Below are positions 1 through 10,526 of a stretch of 34,822 nt of DNA, one piece after another. A program made the translations under genes and the position numbers. The notes under the pieces were generated by a model, which saw only the letters and a list, made by a program, of their open reading frames with translations, was not told the origin of the DNA and made no database searches. Source of the DNA: an uncultured cyanobacterium (GTDB lineage: Bacteria; Cyanobacteriota; Cyanobacteriia; Cyanobacteriales; Cyanobacteriaceae); contig CAVVOP010000004.1 of assembly GCA_963749915.1 (NCBI GenBank), forward strand, positions 1 to 34,822, read 5' to 3'. Position 1 is the first letter of the stretch. Every line of letters starts with the position of its first letter.

Positions 1-2
1 GT

Positions 3-917
3 TATCTAATTATTCGTGAAGGATCTCAAAAACAAACCTTAAAACAAAAAATCAATGAATTAAAAGAGCAAATTGCTTTATTAACCCATGGAAGTAATAG
101 AGTTAAAGGATTTGATTGGGCAGTAGAATTTGCTGAAGTTTTTTCACAAGAGGGGTTTGATATTGTCTTAGCTAATCCGCCCTATGGTGCGACAGTTGAT
201 GATAACGATAACGTGCGTAATCTCTATTTTGACCGTCGGACTGATGGCGCACAATCCAAAGATACCTATGGTTTATTCATGGCTCGTGGCTTGCAGTTGC
301 TACGTCCTAGCGGTCAACTATGTTACATCGTTTCTGATACTTGGCGGACTATTAAAACTCACAAACCTTTAAGAAAGCGATTTCTTGAAAATACCACTAT
401 TGCTCATATTGTCGATCTGCCTTCTTGGGTTTTTGATGCCACAGTTAATACTTGTATCTTGACCGTAGGTAAAAATACGCCATCTGAAAGCCATAATCTA
501 ATCGCCGCAGATTTGCGTAGTCTTCAAAGTGGGGACTGGAACAAACTAACTGAGAACCTAACTGCGATCGCTGCTCATAGTGTGGATTTACAAACGATAG
601 ATTATGCTCGTTATACTTATCCTCAGAAGATAATAGTAAATTATGAAAATCTTTGCTTTTTTATTGGCAGTCCAACGATATTTCGCCTAACATCGGATAT
701 CAATTTAGAAAAACTAGGAAAGACTTATACTAAGCGTAACGGTAAAAAAATCTGGAGTAAAGAAGGTATATGCCAGATAATTTCGGGCATAAAAACAGGT
801 AATAATTCTAGATACATCCGTAGATTAAATGCACAAGTTCGTGGCTCAAATCTTGACCTTGTAAATCCTAGTCAAGTTTTATCTGAAAAACTAATCAATC
901 AATTAACCCAACAAGAA
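3..917 (+). pseudogene. Type IIG/Eco57I-like N6-adenine DNA methyltransferase, 5' part (begins before the window, interrupted by the Tn3-family element)
   Basis: Frame open from base 3 reads FDWAVEFAEVFSQEGFDIVLANPPY (NPPY catalytic motif), then DTYGLFMARGLQLLRPSGQLCYIVSD. It runs into the transposon IR at 918. Confidence 0.9.
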
Positions 918-961
918 GGCGTAAAGCTAGGGAAGCTGCAAAATCGGCAAAGTAGCTAAAA
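918..961 (+). repeat. Left terminal inverted repeat of the Tn3-family element
   Basis: Exact reverse complement of 4132-4175. Confidence 0.95.
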
Positions 962-1171
962 CTCAATCACTGCAAAGGTTTTATGATAGCTACTAAGTAA
1001 TTTAAATACACTATGGTTATTCTCTAGCATAGTTCCGAATTTTATCTAGAGATGACACTTTATGAACTTTTTTTAAATATAGGGATAAAAAAGAGCCTTT
1101 TAGGATATGATTATCAGAAATAAGTTCCGACACTATCTAAAAGCGGAATAAATATAGGAGCATAATCTAAC

Positions 1172-3422
1172 TTGAAACAAAATTGGGAAGTAGAAGAACT
1201 AATTGAATATTGGATTTTATTACCATCTGAAATGGCATTGTTAAGAAATAAAACAGGAGCAAAACGAATTGGTTTTGCAGTTTGTTTCAAGTATTTTCAG
1301 TTATTTAGTCAGTTTCCAGAAGCTCTTACCCAAATCCCTCTGGTAGTAATTAATTATATTGCTAGTCAAGTTAACGTATCATCTTCACTATATTTAGAAT
1401 ATGATTGGCAAGAAAGAAGTAGCAGATACCACAGAGAGCAAATTCGGGACTTTTTTGGTTTTAGATTAGTACAAGAACTAGATTTTCAAAAACTCAAAAA
1501 CTATTTATTATCAGATATATTACCCCAAGAACAAAAAGAAGAACATTTAATTATAGTAGTTGAGCAATATTTCCAAGAAAGCAAAATAGAACTGCCTAGT
1601 AAGAAAATATTACTACGTTTAATTCGTTCAGCGGTTCGTCAATTTGAAGAAGAGCGGCAACCGAACCACCTAGAGAATTACGCTCTCATTCCCCTATTAT
1701 TCGTTATACTTTAGTATCTGCTTTTTCCTGGTTAAGATTACTCCAAGTTACGGACAATTTGGTAGATTTACTGATTTCTATCATACATAGTATAAGTAGA
1801 AGAGCCGAAAGAAAAGTCGATACAGAATTAATCAAAGACTTTAAAAAAGTCACGGGTAAAAATCATCTTCTTTATCTTATGGCTAATGCTAGTTTAGAAA
1901 AACCTGATGGTGCTGTATCTGAAGTTATCTTTCCCGTAGTAGATGAAAACACACTATCAAATTTAGTCAAAGAGTTTAAATCTCAGGGTACTGCTTATCG
2001 TCAAAAAGTACATAATGTAATTCGTTCTTCTTATAGTCGTCATTACCGTCGCTTAGTACCGTCATTAAGGCAATGAACGGATTAATCGTATTAACTATGA
2101 AATAAGTGTTCTTCAAGCGTTGAGGGAAAGATTAAGATGTAAGGAAATTTGGGTAGTTGGTGCAAATCGTTATCGTAATCCCGATGAAGATTTACCCTCA
2201 GATTTTGAACAACATCGAGAAAATTATTATCAAGCATTGCAGTTACCAATGGATGTGGAAAGTTTTATCACTCCCTTGAAAATAGCATTATCATCTAATT
2301 TGATTACTTTAAATGAAGGAATACCCAAGAATAAGAAAGTCAAAATCTTGGACAAAAAAAATGGTTGGATTAGTGTCACACCTTTGGATAAACAAGCTGA
2401 ACCAGTTAATATTTTTCGATTAAAAAGTGAATTGGTGCAAAAATGGCCGATGACAAGTTTGTTAGATGTGTTAAAGGAGGCTGATTTAAGAATCGGTTTT
2501 ACAGATAGTTTCAAAAGCCTTGCCAGTAGGGAAGTTTTAGAAAAAGATGTATTACAAAAAAGGTTATTGCTTTGTCTGTATGGATTGGGTACGAATACAG
2601 GATTAAAACGAGTTAGTGATGGTACACCAAATATTGATTACCATGAACTTCGTTATATCAAACGCCGTTTTATTCATAAGGATTCACTTCGGGAAGCCAT
2701 CGCCTCTGTAGTTAATGCTATTTTTGAGATCAGAAATCCTGAGATTTGGGGAAATGGTACTACTACCTGTGCATCTGATTCTAAGAAGTTTGGTGCTTGG
2801 GATCAGAATTTAATGACGGAATGGCACCTGCGTTATGGTGGTAGGGGTGTGATGATTTATTGGCACGTTGAGAAGAAGTCAACTTGTATTTACTCTCAAT
2901 TAAAAACTTGTTCTTCTTCGGAAGTGGCGGCGATGATTGAAGGGGTATTGCGTCACGATACTCAAATGACCGTTAAACAGCAGTTTGTGGATACTCATGG
3001 GCAAAGTGAAGTCGCTTTTGCTTTTTGTCACTTGTTGGGTTTTGAGTTGATGCCTCGACTCAAAAATATTGGTAAACAAAAATTATATCGTCCAGAAGCA
3101 GGAGATAAAGAGAGTTATGAGAATTTACTCCCTGTTTTAACTCGCCCCATTAATTGGGATTTAATCCGTCAGCAATATGAGCAGATGGTGAAGTATGCTA
3201 CGGCTTTGAGATTAGGTATTGCTGAACCCGAAGCGATTTTACGTCGTTTTACTCGTGCTAATGTTAAACATCCTACCTATCAGGCTTTGGGGGAATTAGG
3301 AAAGGTAGTTAAAACTATGTGCTTTAACACCTTTAATTTATAGTCATATTAATCCTTACGGTACGTTTCATTTGGATATGAATGAGCGACTTGTGCTTAA
3401 GGTGGAGGTGGTGGTGGGGTGA
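1172..3422 (+). pseudogene. tnpA: Tn3-family transposase with three internal deletions/frame changes
   Basis: DUF4158-like N-terminus, then the motifs [34 protein letters not shown] and LMPRLKNI. The C-terminal [20 protein letters not shown] is in another frame (3321-3422). Frames change at ~1650, ~2067 and ~3318. Confidence 0.92.
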
Positions 3423-4126
3423 TCATGCAACGTACCAGTGCTAAAGTTAAGGCTAGAGCGATCGCTAAATTATTAAGGGATGAACATCCTGATTACAATT
3501 ATCTTAAAAGTGTTTTTCGGCATCTGCGTACTGAGCTAAATATTGAGGTAACTCATTCTGAAAAGAAATTACCAAAAGTTCCTACGGAAGAAGAGTTACA
3601 TAAATACTATCAAGCTGTTTGGAAAACTCGCAATGTGCAGGATATGGTGATTATTAAGACTTTTCTCTATACGGGTGTAAGAGTATCGGAGTTAGTTAAT
3701 ATTCGATTGGAAGATGTGGATTTTGATCGTTGTCAGATTCGGATTAATTCAGGGAAAGGGGGAAAGGATAGAATAGTTCCGTTTCCAATTTCTTTTAAGG
3801 AAGTTTTGGCTATGCACGTTGATAAGATGGAGGGTAAAAGCGCTAATTATTTATTTGAGTCTAATCGTCATCAAAAATATAGCGATCGTGGAATTAGAAA
3901 GATTTTGACAAAGTATGCAGACATGGCTGAATTAGATCATTCCATTTCACCCCATCAATTACGACATTTTCTGCTGACATGGCTGAAAAAACAAGGGATT
4001 GATGATGCTTTAATTCAACCCTATTCTGGTCATTCTTCTCGACAGTCATTAGAAGTTTATTCTCGCTTAAGTTTAAATGAAGCACAGTCTGCTTATGATA
4101 ACGTTATGTCCAAATTCCCTCTGTGA
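3419..4126 (+). CDS. Tyrosine recombinase (probable cointegrate resolvase of the Tn3 element)
   Basis: [23 protein letters not shown] and GHSS...LEVY catalytic motifs; start overlaps the tnpA stop; lies inside the IRs. Confidence 0.92.
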   Translation: MIMQRTSAKVKARAIAKLLRDEHPDYNYLKSVFRHLRTELNIEVTHSEKKLPKVPTEEELHKYYQAVWKTRNVQDMVIIKTFLYTGVRVSELVNIRLEDVDFDRCQIRINSGKGGKDRIVPFPISFKEVLAMHVDKMEGKSANYLFESNRHQKYSDRGIRKILTKYADMAELDHSISPHQLRHFLLTWLKKQGIDDALIQPYSGHSSRQSLEVYSRLSLNEAQSAYDNVMSKFPL

Positions 4127-4131
4127 TAGCT

Positions 4132-4175
4132 TTTTAGCTACTTTGCCGATTTTGCAGCTTCCCTAGCTTTACGCC
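4132..4175 (-). repeat. Right terminal inverted repeat of the Tn3-family element
   Basis: Exact reverse complement of 918-961. Confidence 0.95.
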
Positions 4176-4180
4176 AAGAA

Positions 4181-5383
4181 AAAGAGAATGGCATTACTAA
4201 CCAACAAAGGTATTTTGTCCCTCTAGACAAAGGCGAAAGTTCTGATGCAGAGCAAGGCTGGTTACCTAATTATTCCGTAGAAACGAAATACTTTATTGAC
4301 TGGTCTTCCACAGCCGTTTCGAGTATGCGTCAAGAACCTCACTCAGACATGGCTAATGTAGAATTTCGATTTCAAAAAGGAATTACCTATTCCCGCACTG
4401 GAGAATATGCACCAACCTTCAGACTGTCCGCAGGGCGAATTTTAGAATCAAAAAGTTGTGGTCTATTTCCTGAAAATTTTGATATAGAAACTTTGTTGGG
4501 AATTCTCTGCTCAAAAGTAGCCCGCTATCTTCTTAAAGTATTTATTATGCACAGCGTCGAAACAAGTGTAGGGACAATAGGCGATTTACCTATTAAAAGA
4601 CCAAGGGATAATATTGATCATCAACTAAAAAAATTGGTTGCCAAAATTATTGAACAACAAAAAATTAAACCCAAATATCCCTATCATCTCCATGAACAAA
4701 AGGAAATCGATGACATTATTTATCAACTCTATGAATTAGACTATGAGGATATTCGTGAAATAGAACTTTGGTACTGTCGCCGATATCCTAAACTAGCAAA
4801 AGCTCAGGGTATCTTAGCCGAAGTAAAAGAAAAATATGAAAGACATATAGAACACTGTAATCGAGTTTTAGCAAAGCCTCCTAGTTACTGGAAATCCCAT
4901 ACAATTCTGACTCTCATTGCTCAAGGTGAAGGAAGCAAACTAGAGTTCAAAGAAACTCTAAGAGTAGATATTAAGACAAATACAAAAAATAAAGATGTTC
5001 TTTTTGCATCCTTAAAAACGATCACTGCCTATCTAAACACGGATGGCGGCACACTATTAATTGGAGTATCTGATACTCTAGAAATAAAAGGAATGGAAAG
5101 AGATTATGTATATGGAGAGGCTCAAAATAAGGATCTCTTTCAAAATCAATTACGACAATTTCTAGAACAGAAGATTAAACCTTTTCCACTACCTCATAAT
5201 CAAGTTTCTGTCGAGTTTATCACACTCCCTAAAGGAGAAATATGTCAAATCAACGTCAAGCCTCTTGACAAATCAGAAATTGCTTATTTAGACCAGAAAG
5301 TATTCATTAGAGATGGAAATCGAAGCAAGGAATTGAAAGACGAACCTCTAGAATATTGGAAACAGAAAAGGAAACCATCATAA
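4181..5383 (+). pseudogene. Methyltransferase 3' part: target-recognition region plus C-terminal Schlafen/AlbA_2 domain
   Basis: In frame with the 5' part after removing the transposon and one TSD copy (...TQQE|KENGITNQQRYFVPLDKG...). TaqI_C-like FQKGITYS and LLGILCSK. Schlafen/AlbA_2 motifs QGEGSKLEFKE, AYLNTDGGTLLIGVSD and FIRDGNRS. Confidence 0.85.
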
Positions 5384-5422
5384 CTTAAAACGAGTAAGAA
5401 TATTACAGTAAACATAAGGAGA

Positions 5423-5680
5423 ATGATTCCCATGACACAAGCAACCACTCACTCACAAACCATTTTAGAAAAACTGCACACCCTCACCCCACAACAACAG
5501 CAAGAAGTAATAGACTTTATTGAATTCTTGCAATTTAAAGCCCAGAAGACAGAAATTTCTGAGGAAGAAAAACCGATTTCATTCTATGAAGCAGCCAAAG
5601 AATACATTGGTTGTGTCGATGGGGGACCAGGGGACTTAGCCACCAATAAAGACTATCTTCGAGGTATTGGCAGCAAATGA
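5423..5680 (+). CDS. Antitoxin, DUF2281-like
   Basis: ILEKLHTLTPQQQQEVIDFIEFL and GCVDGGPGDLATNKDYL; overlaps the downstream PIN gene by 4 bp. Confidence 0.75.
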   Translation: MIPMTQATTHSQTILEKLHTLTPQQQQEVIDFIEFLQFKAQKTEISEEEKPISFYEAAKEYIGCVDGGPGDLATNKDYLRGIGSK

Positions 5681-6099
5681 AGTCAAATATTCTGCTAGAT
5701 ACGGGACCTTTAGTGGCAATAGTCAACCGTCGAGAAGCCTTCCATCAATGGGCAACTCAAACAACTACTAATTTGTCCTATCCATTTTTTACCTGTGAAG
5801 CTGTCATTACCGAAGCGTGTTTTTTACTACAGAATGTTTATGGCGGTGAAGATGCTGTCATGGGATTAGTTAAAAGTAAAAAGATTGTCATCCCCTTTCA
5901 GTTTAGTGAAGAAGTAGATGCTATTCGAGACTTGATGCAGCGTTATCAATCCGTTCCCATGTCCTTTGCGGATGCTTGTTTAGTAAGAATGAGTGAATTA
6001 ATGGGAGGCAGTTCCGTTTTTACAATAGATAGTGATTTCCATATTTATCGCAAGAATCGAAAAGAAATGATTGATTTAATTATTCCTGATGGAGTTTAG
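5677..6099 (+). CDS. vapC: PIN-domain (VapC-like) toxin
   Basis: ILLDTGPLVA, EAVITEAC, MSFADACLV and FTIDSDFHIYR acidic PIN motifs. Confidence 0.9.
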   Translation: MKSNILLDTGPLVAIVNRREAFHQWATQTTTNLSYPFFTCEAVITEACFLLQNVYGGEDAVMGLVKSKKIVIPFQFSEEVDAIRDLMQRYQSVPMSFADACLVRMSELMGGSSVFTIDSDFHIYRKNRKEMIDLIIPDGV

Positions 6100-6142
6100 C
6101 CGTAGCGTTTAACTGTTCACTTTCTCCTAATAACTAAAAAAA

Positions 6143-8270
6143 ATGCCCCACGACATCATCGACAATCGCAATCAAAAATTAGTCGATAACATCAACCAGA
6201 TTCTCCACTCCTCGGAAGCGGCTCATTTTGCCGTCGGTTACTTCTTTCTCTCCGGCTTCACAGAGATCGCCCCCCGCCTCGCCATCATCCAGCAGATGCG
6301 CCTCCTGATTGGCAACACCAGCAACCGCGAAACCATCGAACAACTGGCAGAAGGCTACCTCCGCTTAGAACTGATTAAAGACCATCTGGAGGCACAAGAA
6401 TACGCCAAACGGACAACTCGCAAGCAGATAGCAACGGAAACCGCCGAAAATATCCGCTCCAGCGTCGAACTGATGGATCAGACAGATGAAGCAGAAACCT
6501 TAGTGAAAAATCTCGTCCAGATGATCGAAGAAAAACGCCTTCAGGTGCGAGTTTACACCAAAGGGCGACTCCACGCTAAAGCCTATATTTTCGACTACGG
6601 CACAGTTTACAACCACCAGGGACAAGCCCTTAGATCGCAACGAAAAAGGCATTGCCATCGTCGGTTCTTCCAACCTTACTTTATCAGGAATTTCCCACAA
6701 TACCGAACTCAATGTCATCGTTCACGGCAATGACAACCATGCCAGTTTGACAGAATGGTTCAACCAACTTTGGGACGAGGCGGAAGATTTTGATGAAACA
6801 CTGATGCACTCCTTGAAGCAGTCTTGGGCGATGATTCCGGTGCGCCCCTACGACATCTACATGAAAACTCTCTATATGCTAGTGCGCGATCGCTTGACAG
6901 AAGAAACTGCTACCGAAATTATGATAGATAATGAAATTACCGAGAAACTAGCAGACTTTCAAAAAGTAGCAGTCAACCAAGCTATCAAACTCATCCGCGA
7001 GTATGGGGGTTGTTTTGTTTCCGATGTAGTGGGTTTAGGAAAAAGCTTCATTGGGGCTGCCATTGTCAAACGCTTTGAACAAGTCGAAAAAGCCCGCCCC
7101 TTAATTATTTGTCCTGCGCCACTGCTGGAAATGTGGGAAGGCTACAACGAAATTTATCAACTCAACGCCCGTGTTTTATCGATGGGATTGCTACGGGAAG
7201 ATGAGACAAGTGGGATCAGAGTTCTATTAGAAGATTTTAAATACAAAGATCGAGATTTTGTCTTAATCGATGAAAGCCACAACCTGCGGAATGCCGCTAC
7301 CCAACGCTATAAAGTAGTAGAAGCCTTTTTAGCAGCCGGGAGACAGTGCTGTTTCCTGACAGCAACTCCTCGCAATAAAAGTGCTTGGGATATTTACCAT
7401 CAGATTAAGCTCTTTCATCAAGATGATAAGACAGATTTCGCCATAGATCCGCCCGACTTAAAAGAGTATTTTAGGGTTTGCTGAATAAATCACAAAAAGA
7501 TTCATTAGTAGTAATAAGCAGAAATTAAGATAAGTTCTTGTTGATTTTCACTTATCGTTTGATAATCTTTTGTTATCGATCGCTTTTGACGATATTTTAT
7601 TTCTAAAAATAGACACAAAAAATCAGCAGTATCTGCCGATACAGGTATGATAAATTCATCACTAAAAATGTTAGTGATATAACTGTCATTGATGTTGATG
7701 GCAGTTTTGTCATTATTTTATTTAACCCGTATCTTCTTTTTCCTTCCCCTAATTTTCCTTCTACTCTATTTCTGACTTTTTCATTTTCTCTTGTCTCTTT
7801 TTTCCTCCTCTATACTTACATTTTTCTTCGGTCTTTCCAATGCAGGTCCATTCATTTTTATCCCTTTTTCCTTGCAATAGGCTCTATTTGCCCTCGTTCT
7901 ATATATCGCATCTACATGAATTGTAGCTGGATAATAACCCATTAATTTATAATATTTTTCTACTTGTTCTATTAGATGTGTTGACTCATTGAAATTATCC
8001 CAATTAGTAGAGAAAGGGGAAAGACAGTTGCCTGACTTATTATCTAACATCCTCATTCGCCGCACCCGCAACCACATTTTGCGCTGGTATGGCTTTGATG
8101 CCAAGACTCATAAACCAGTAGATACAGCCAACTTCAAGGATTATTTGAACGGGACTCAACGCGCTTACGTTATTGTTGGGGGTAAGCATCAGTTCTTTCC
8201 CAAGCGAGAACTGCAAACCATTGAATATAGTATCGAAGATACCTATCAGGGACTTTACCAACAACTGCGA
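6143..8270 (+). pseudogene. PLD (HKD) nuclease-SNF2-type helicase fusion, frameshifted, IS-interrupted and 3'-truncated
   Basis: AVGYFFLSG, RLHAKAYIFD, and after a frameshift at ~6630 GIAIVGSSNLT. Helicase motifs DVVGLGKS, DESHN and LTATP. The gene resumes at ~8002 (LVEKGERQLPDLLSNILIRRTR) and ends at the ISKra4 end near 8270. Confidence 0.88.
7473..8001 (-). mobile_element. IS5-family remnant (transposase C-terminus plus one end)
   Basis: Minus strand reads WDNFNESTHLIEQVE...VDAIYRTRANRAYCKEKGI...RNRVEGK..GKRRYGL. AGGGTTTGCTGAATAA terminus at 7473; no matching second end seen. Confidence 0.8.
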
Positions 8271-8334
8271 GAGCGAAAAATTTCGGGGGAGAAGCTTCGC
8301 GTATTACACTAACTAATTTTCAGAGGATAATTTC

Positions 8335-8967
8335 TTAAGCATCCCAAAGTCCTTGAAATCGTGCAGAGGCTAAATCTGTGTAACGCACCGTATGCTGGAT
8401 GTTACAATGACCGAGGTAGCTCTGAATTGTTCTCGTATCAATTCCTTTGTTAGCTAGATAGTAGCCTGTGCTATGGCGCAACATGTGAGTATGAATGGGG
8501 AAAGGAAGTTCCGCTAAATTTCCTGCTTGTTCAATGATTCCAGCAATTGTATCTTTCGCCAAAGGACTTCGCCGATTGGACTGAAAGACATAAGGACTAG
8601 CAGGATAATCTCGCTGTAGTTTTCGTAAAGCTCGAATCTCATTCCCATAAAGGGGTTGAATTGAAGGAGTACCATTTTTAACTCGCTTCACATAAATTGT
8701 TCCGCCGTTAAAATCTATCTGTTCCCATCTCAATGCCGCTGCCTCTGATAATCTTAATCCGTGACGATAAATCAGCAGAATTATGGTGTAATTTCGATGA
8801 GCATGGCGACTTCTTGATTTTTTGGTAGCAGAAAGCATCGCCTCAACTTCTTCTGGTAATAAATACTCTCTAGTTCTGACCTCTTCGTATTTATGACAAT
8901 TCGGAGATTGGGACTTTTGTTTTTCTATTTTGCCAACTTTCGGTAGTTGGATAGTTTTGGCTGTCAT
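8335..8967 (-). CDS. FimB/FimE-like tyrosine recombinase
   Basis: REYLLPEEV, YRHGLRLSE, HTHMLRHSTGYYLANKG and YLGHCNIQHTVRYT. Confidence 0.92.
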   Translation of the reverse strand: MTAKTIQLPKVGKIEKQKSQSPNCHKYEEVRTREYLLPEEVEAMLSATKKSRSRHAHRNYTIILLIYRHGLRLSEAAALRWEQIDFNGGTIYVKRVKNGTPSIQPLYGNEIRALRKLQRDYPASPYVFQSNRRSPLAKDTIAGIIEQAGNLAELPFPIHTHMLRHSTGYYLANKGIDTRTIQSYLGHCNIQHTVRYTDLASARFQGLWDA

Positions 8968-9007
8968 GGTTCAAACCCCTTTTTTTATTGGGGTGCATAC
9001 CACCATT

Positions 9008-9035
9008 TTACCAACTTATACCCTAAAGTTGGTAA
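9008..9035. promoter_or_regulatory. Candidate tyrosine-recombinase binding/crossover site
   Basis: TTACCAACTT-N8-AAGTTGGTAA perfect inverted arms about 40 bp upstream of the recombinase start. Confidence 0.6.
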
Positions 9036-9070
9036 GCATATCTATCTTCAAAACTATCTTTCTTTAATCC

Positions 9071-10321
9071 TTAAACTGCATTAATGAAGGATAAATTTTT
9101 CTCTTGACTAAGTTTTAGTCCTGAGTACCATTGCTGAAATTTCTGTTTTAACTCTTGATTAAGAACTTGCGTTCGTATTTGCAACAGTAAATGAGCACCT
9201 TTTGGAGTCCATCTCATCTGTTGTTTTTTGACAAATCGCTTGCTAATTACTTGATTAACTGTTGATTCGACAAAACTACTGGAAATAGGTTCTCCATACC
9301 GCCAACGTTCTCCGTAATTGGGAATCATCTCTTCATTATTGCTGATGTAAGTTTCAAATTCCTCCATCATCTTATAAAGTTTGAGGGCTACTGGACATGG
9401 TTTTTTCTCATCATCTCCCAAAATAAAAAGATCATCTAATAAATATTCAATTCGTTGCAATGCTCTAAAGACATTGCCATGCCATAAATACCATTTGACA
9501 CTGGTTAAATTTTTTTTGATAGACTTACGTAGCTTTTTGTCTTTAGTGGTTAAACCTTTGGCTACCTGATTCATCACGGTTATACGCATTGTAATGTGAA
9601 ACCAATCGAGTATCTGTTCTGAGTTAGGATTTAAACAAAATGCTAATTCACGGATTTTTTCATCACCGTCTGAGATAAAAGTGACCTGTTGATTCATCTG
9701 CATGCCTTGAGATTTCAAAACCTCAAAAATACGACGTTTGGGTTTGTCGTCGTAACAATAGGAAAAGCCAAAACGTAATGATGTGCCATCTGCTTTGGTA
9801 CTTTTACCTACCATGACTTCAAAGTTTCCTTTCTGCTTTGATTTGGAATCGTAGTAACGAACATACCCTCCATCCATTCCCACCACTAATGGCAAGTCAG
9901 GACGTGGTAATTTATCCCAATCCCTTTGAACCCCTTCGATGTACATGTCTTCTTCTTCTCCTAACTCGTTCTCCAAACGTTGAGCTATTGACTGTACATT
10001 ATTGCGTACCGTTGTGGCATTGATTTGTCCTTCTATGGGTAATAATTCTTCTAAGATTTTGACCGAAAGCCCGTAGGATATTACAGAGGCAAACTTTGAT
10101 TCCAGATATAACAATTCTGGGGATGTTCTTTCTTGGAGCAAATTAGCCAAAGGTTGAAATGTTCGGGTTGGCTGCTTCTGACAACTACAGTGAAATAATC
10201 GATTACATGGTAGTTTTAGCTTCCCAAACAGAGTTCTATATATAATTGTACGCTTGTCTTTATGTAATAATTTTCCTCCACAATGCTCACATGAATCATG
10301 TTGCTTTTCATACTCAGCCAC
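9071..10321 (-). pseudogene. ISKra4-family transposase, 5'-truncated
   Basis: CEHCG, VGMDGGYVR, ISDG, LDWFHITMR and ISSSFVESTVNQVISKRFVKKQQMRW; the usual N-terminus is cut off by the MITE at 10336. Confidence 0.88.
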
Positions 10322-10335
10322 TTGGCGTTAGTATA

Positions 10336-10512
10336 GGGTTTGTGCAACCAGGTGCAACTTGAGGTTAAAACGCTTTATTTATAAGTGTTTCAGCCTTTGA
10401 CTTTTTTCTCTTGTATTAAATTTGTGTTTTATAAGATTTTAACGAAATAATAATGGTTTCAGCCCTTTTTATCTAGCTTTTTATGGCTTACTGCACCTCG
10501 TTACAAGAACCC
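10336..10512. mobile_element. MITE (~177 bp) with imperfect terminal IRs flanked by TA
   Basis: Left TAGGGTTTGTGCAACCAGGTGCA versus right (reverse complement) TAGGGTTCTTGTAACGAGGTGCA; non-coding AT-rich interior. Confidence 0.8.
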
Positions 10513-10526
10513 TATGTTCGGGCCGT

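Larger units (their letters stand above)
918..4175 (+). mobile_element. Tn3-family transposon (3258 bp) with deleted tnpA and an intact tyrosine recombinase
   Basis: Perfect 44-bp terminal IRs (918-961 and 4132-4175, GGCGTAAAGCTAGGGAAGCTGCAAAATCGGCAAAGTAGCTAAAA). 5-bp TSD AAGAA at 913-917 and 4176-4180. Removing the element restores the methyltransferase frame. Confidence 0.95.
8269..10330 (-). mobile_element. ISKra4-family element carrying a tyrosine recombinase (other end lost)
   Basis: The helicase gene stops abruptly at GAGAGCGAAAAATTTCGGGGGAG (likely IR). Transposase and recombinase are co-oriented behind it. Confidence 0.72.

Noticed and set aside
6620..6640. Programmed frameshifting in the PLD-helicase (and in the CHAT gene at ~29031)
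   Set aside because: No slippery heptamer or stimulatory structure; simple indels or sequencing errors are more likely.
7781..8104. 107-aa minus-strand ORF as a real gene
   Set aside because: It is a chimera of antisense helicase sequence and the IS5 fragment.
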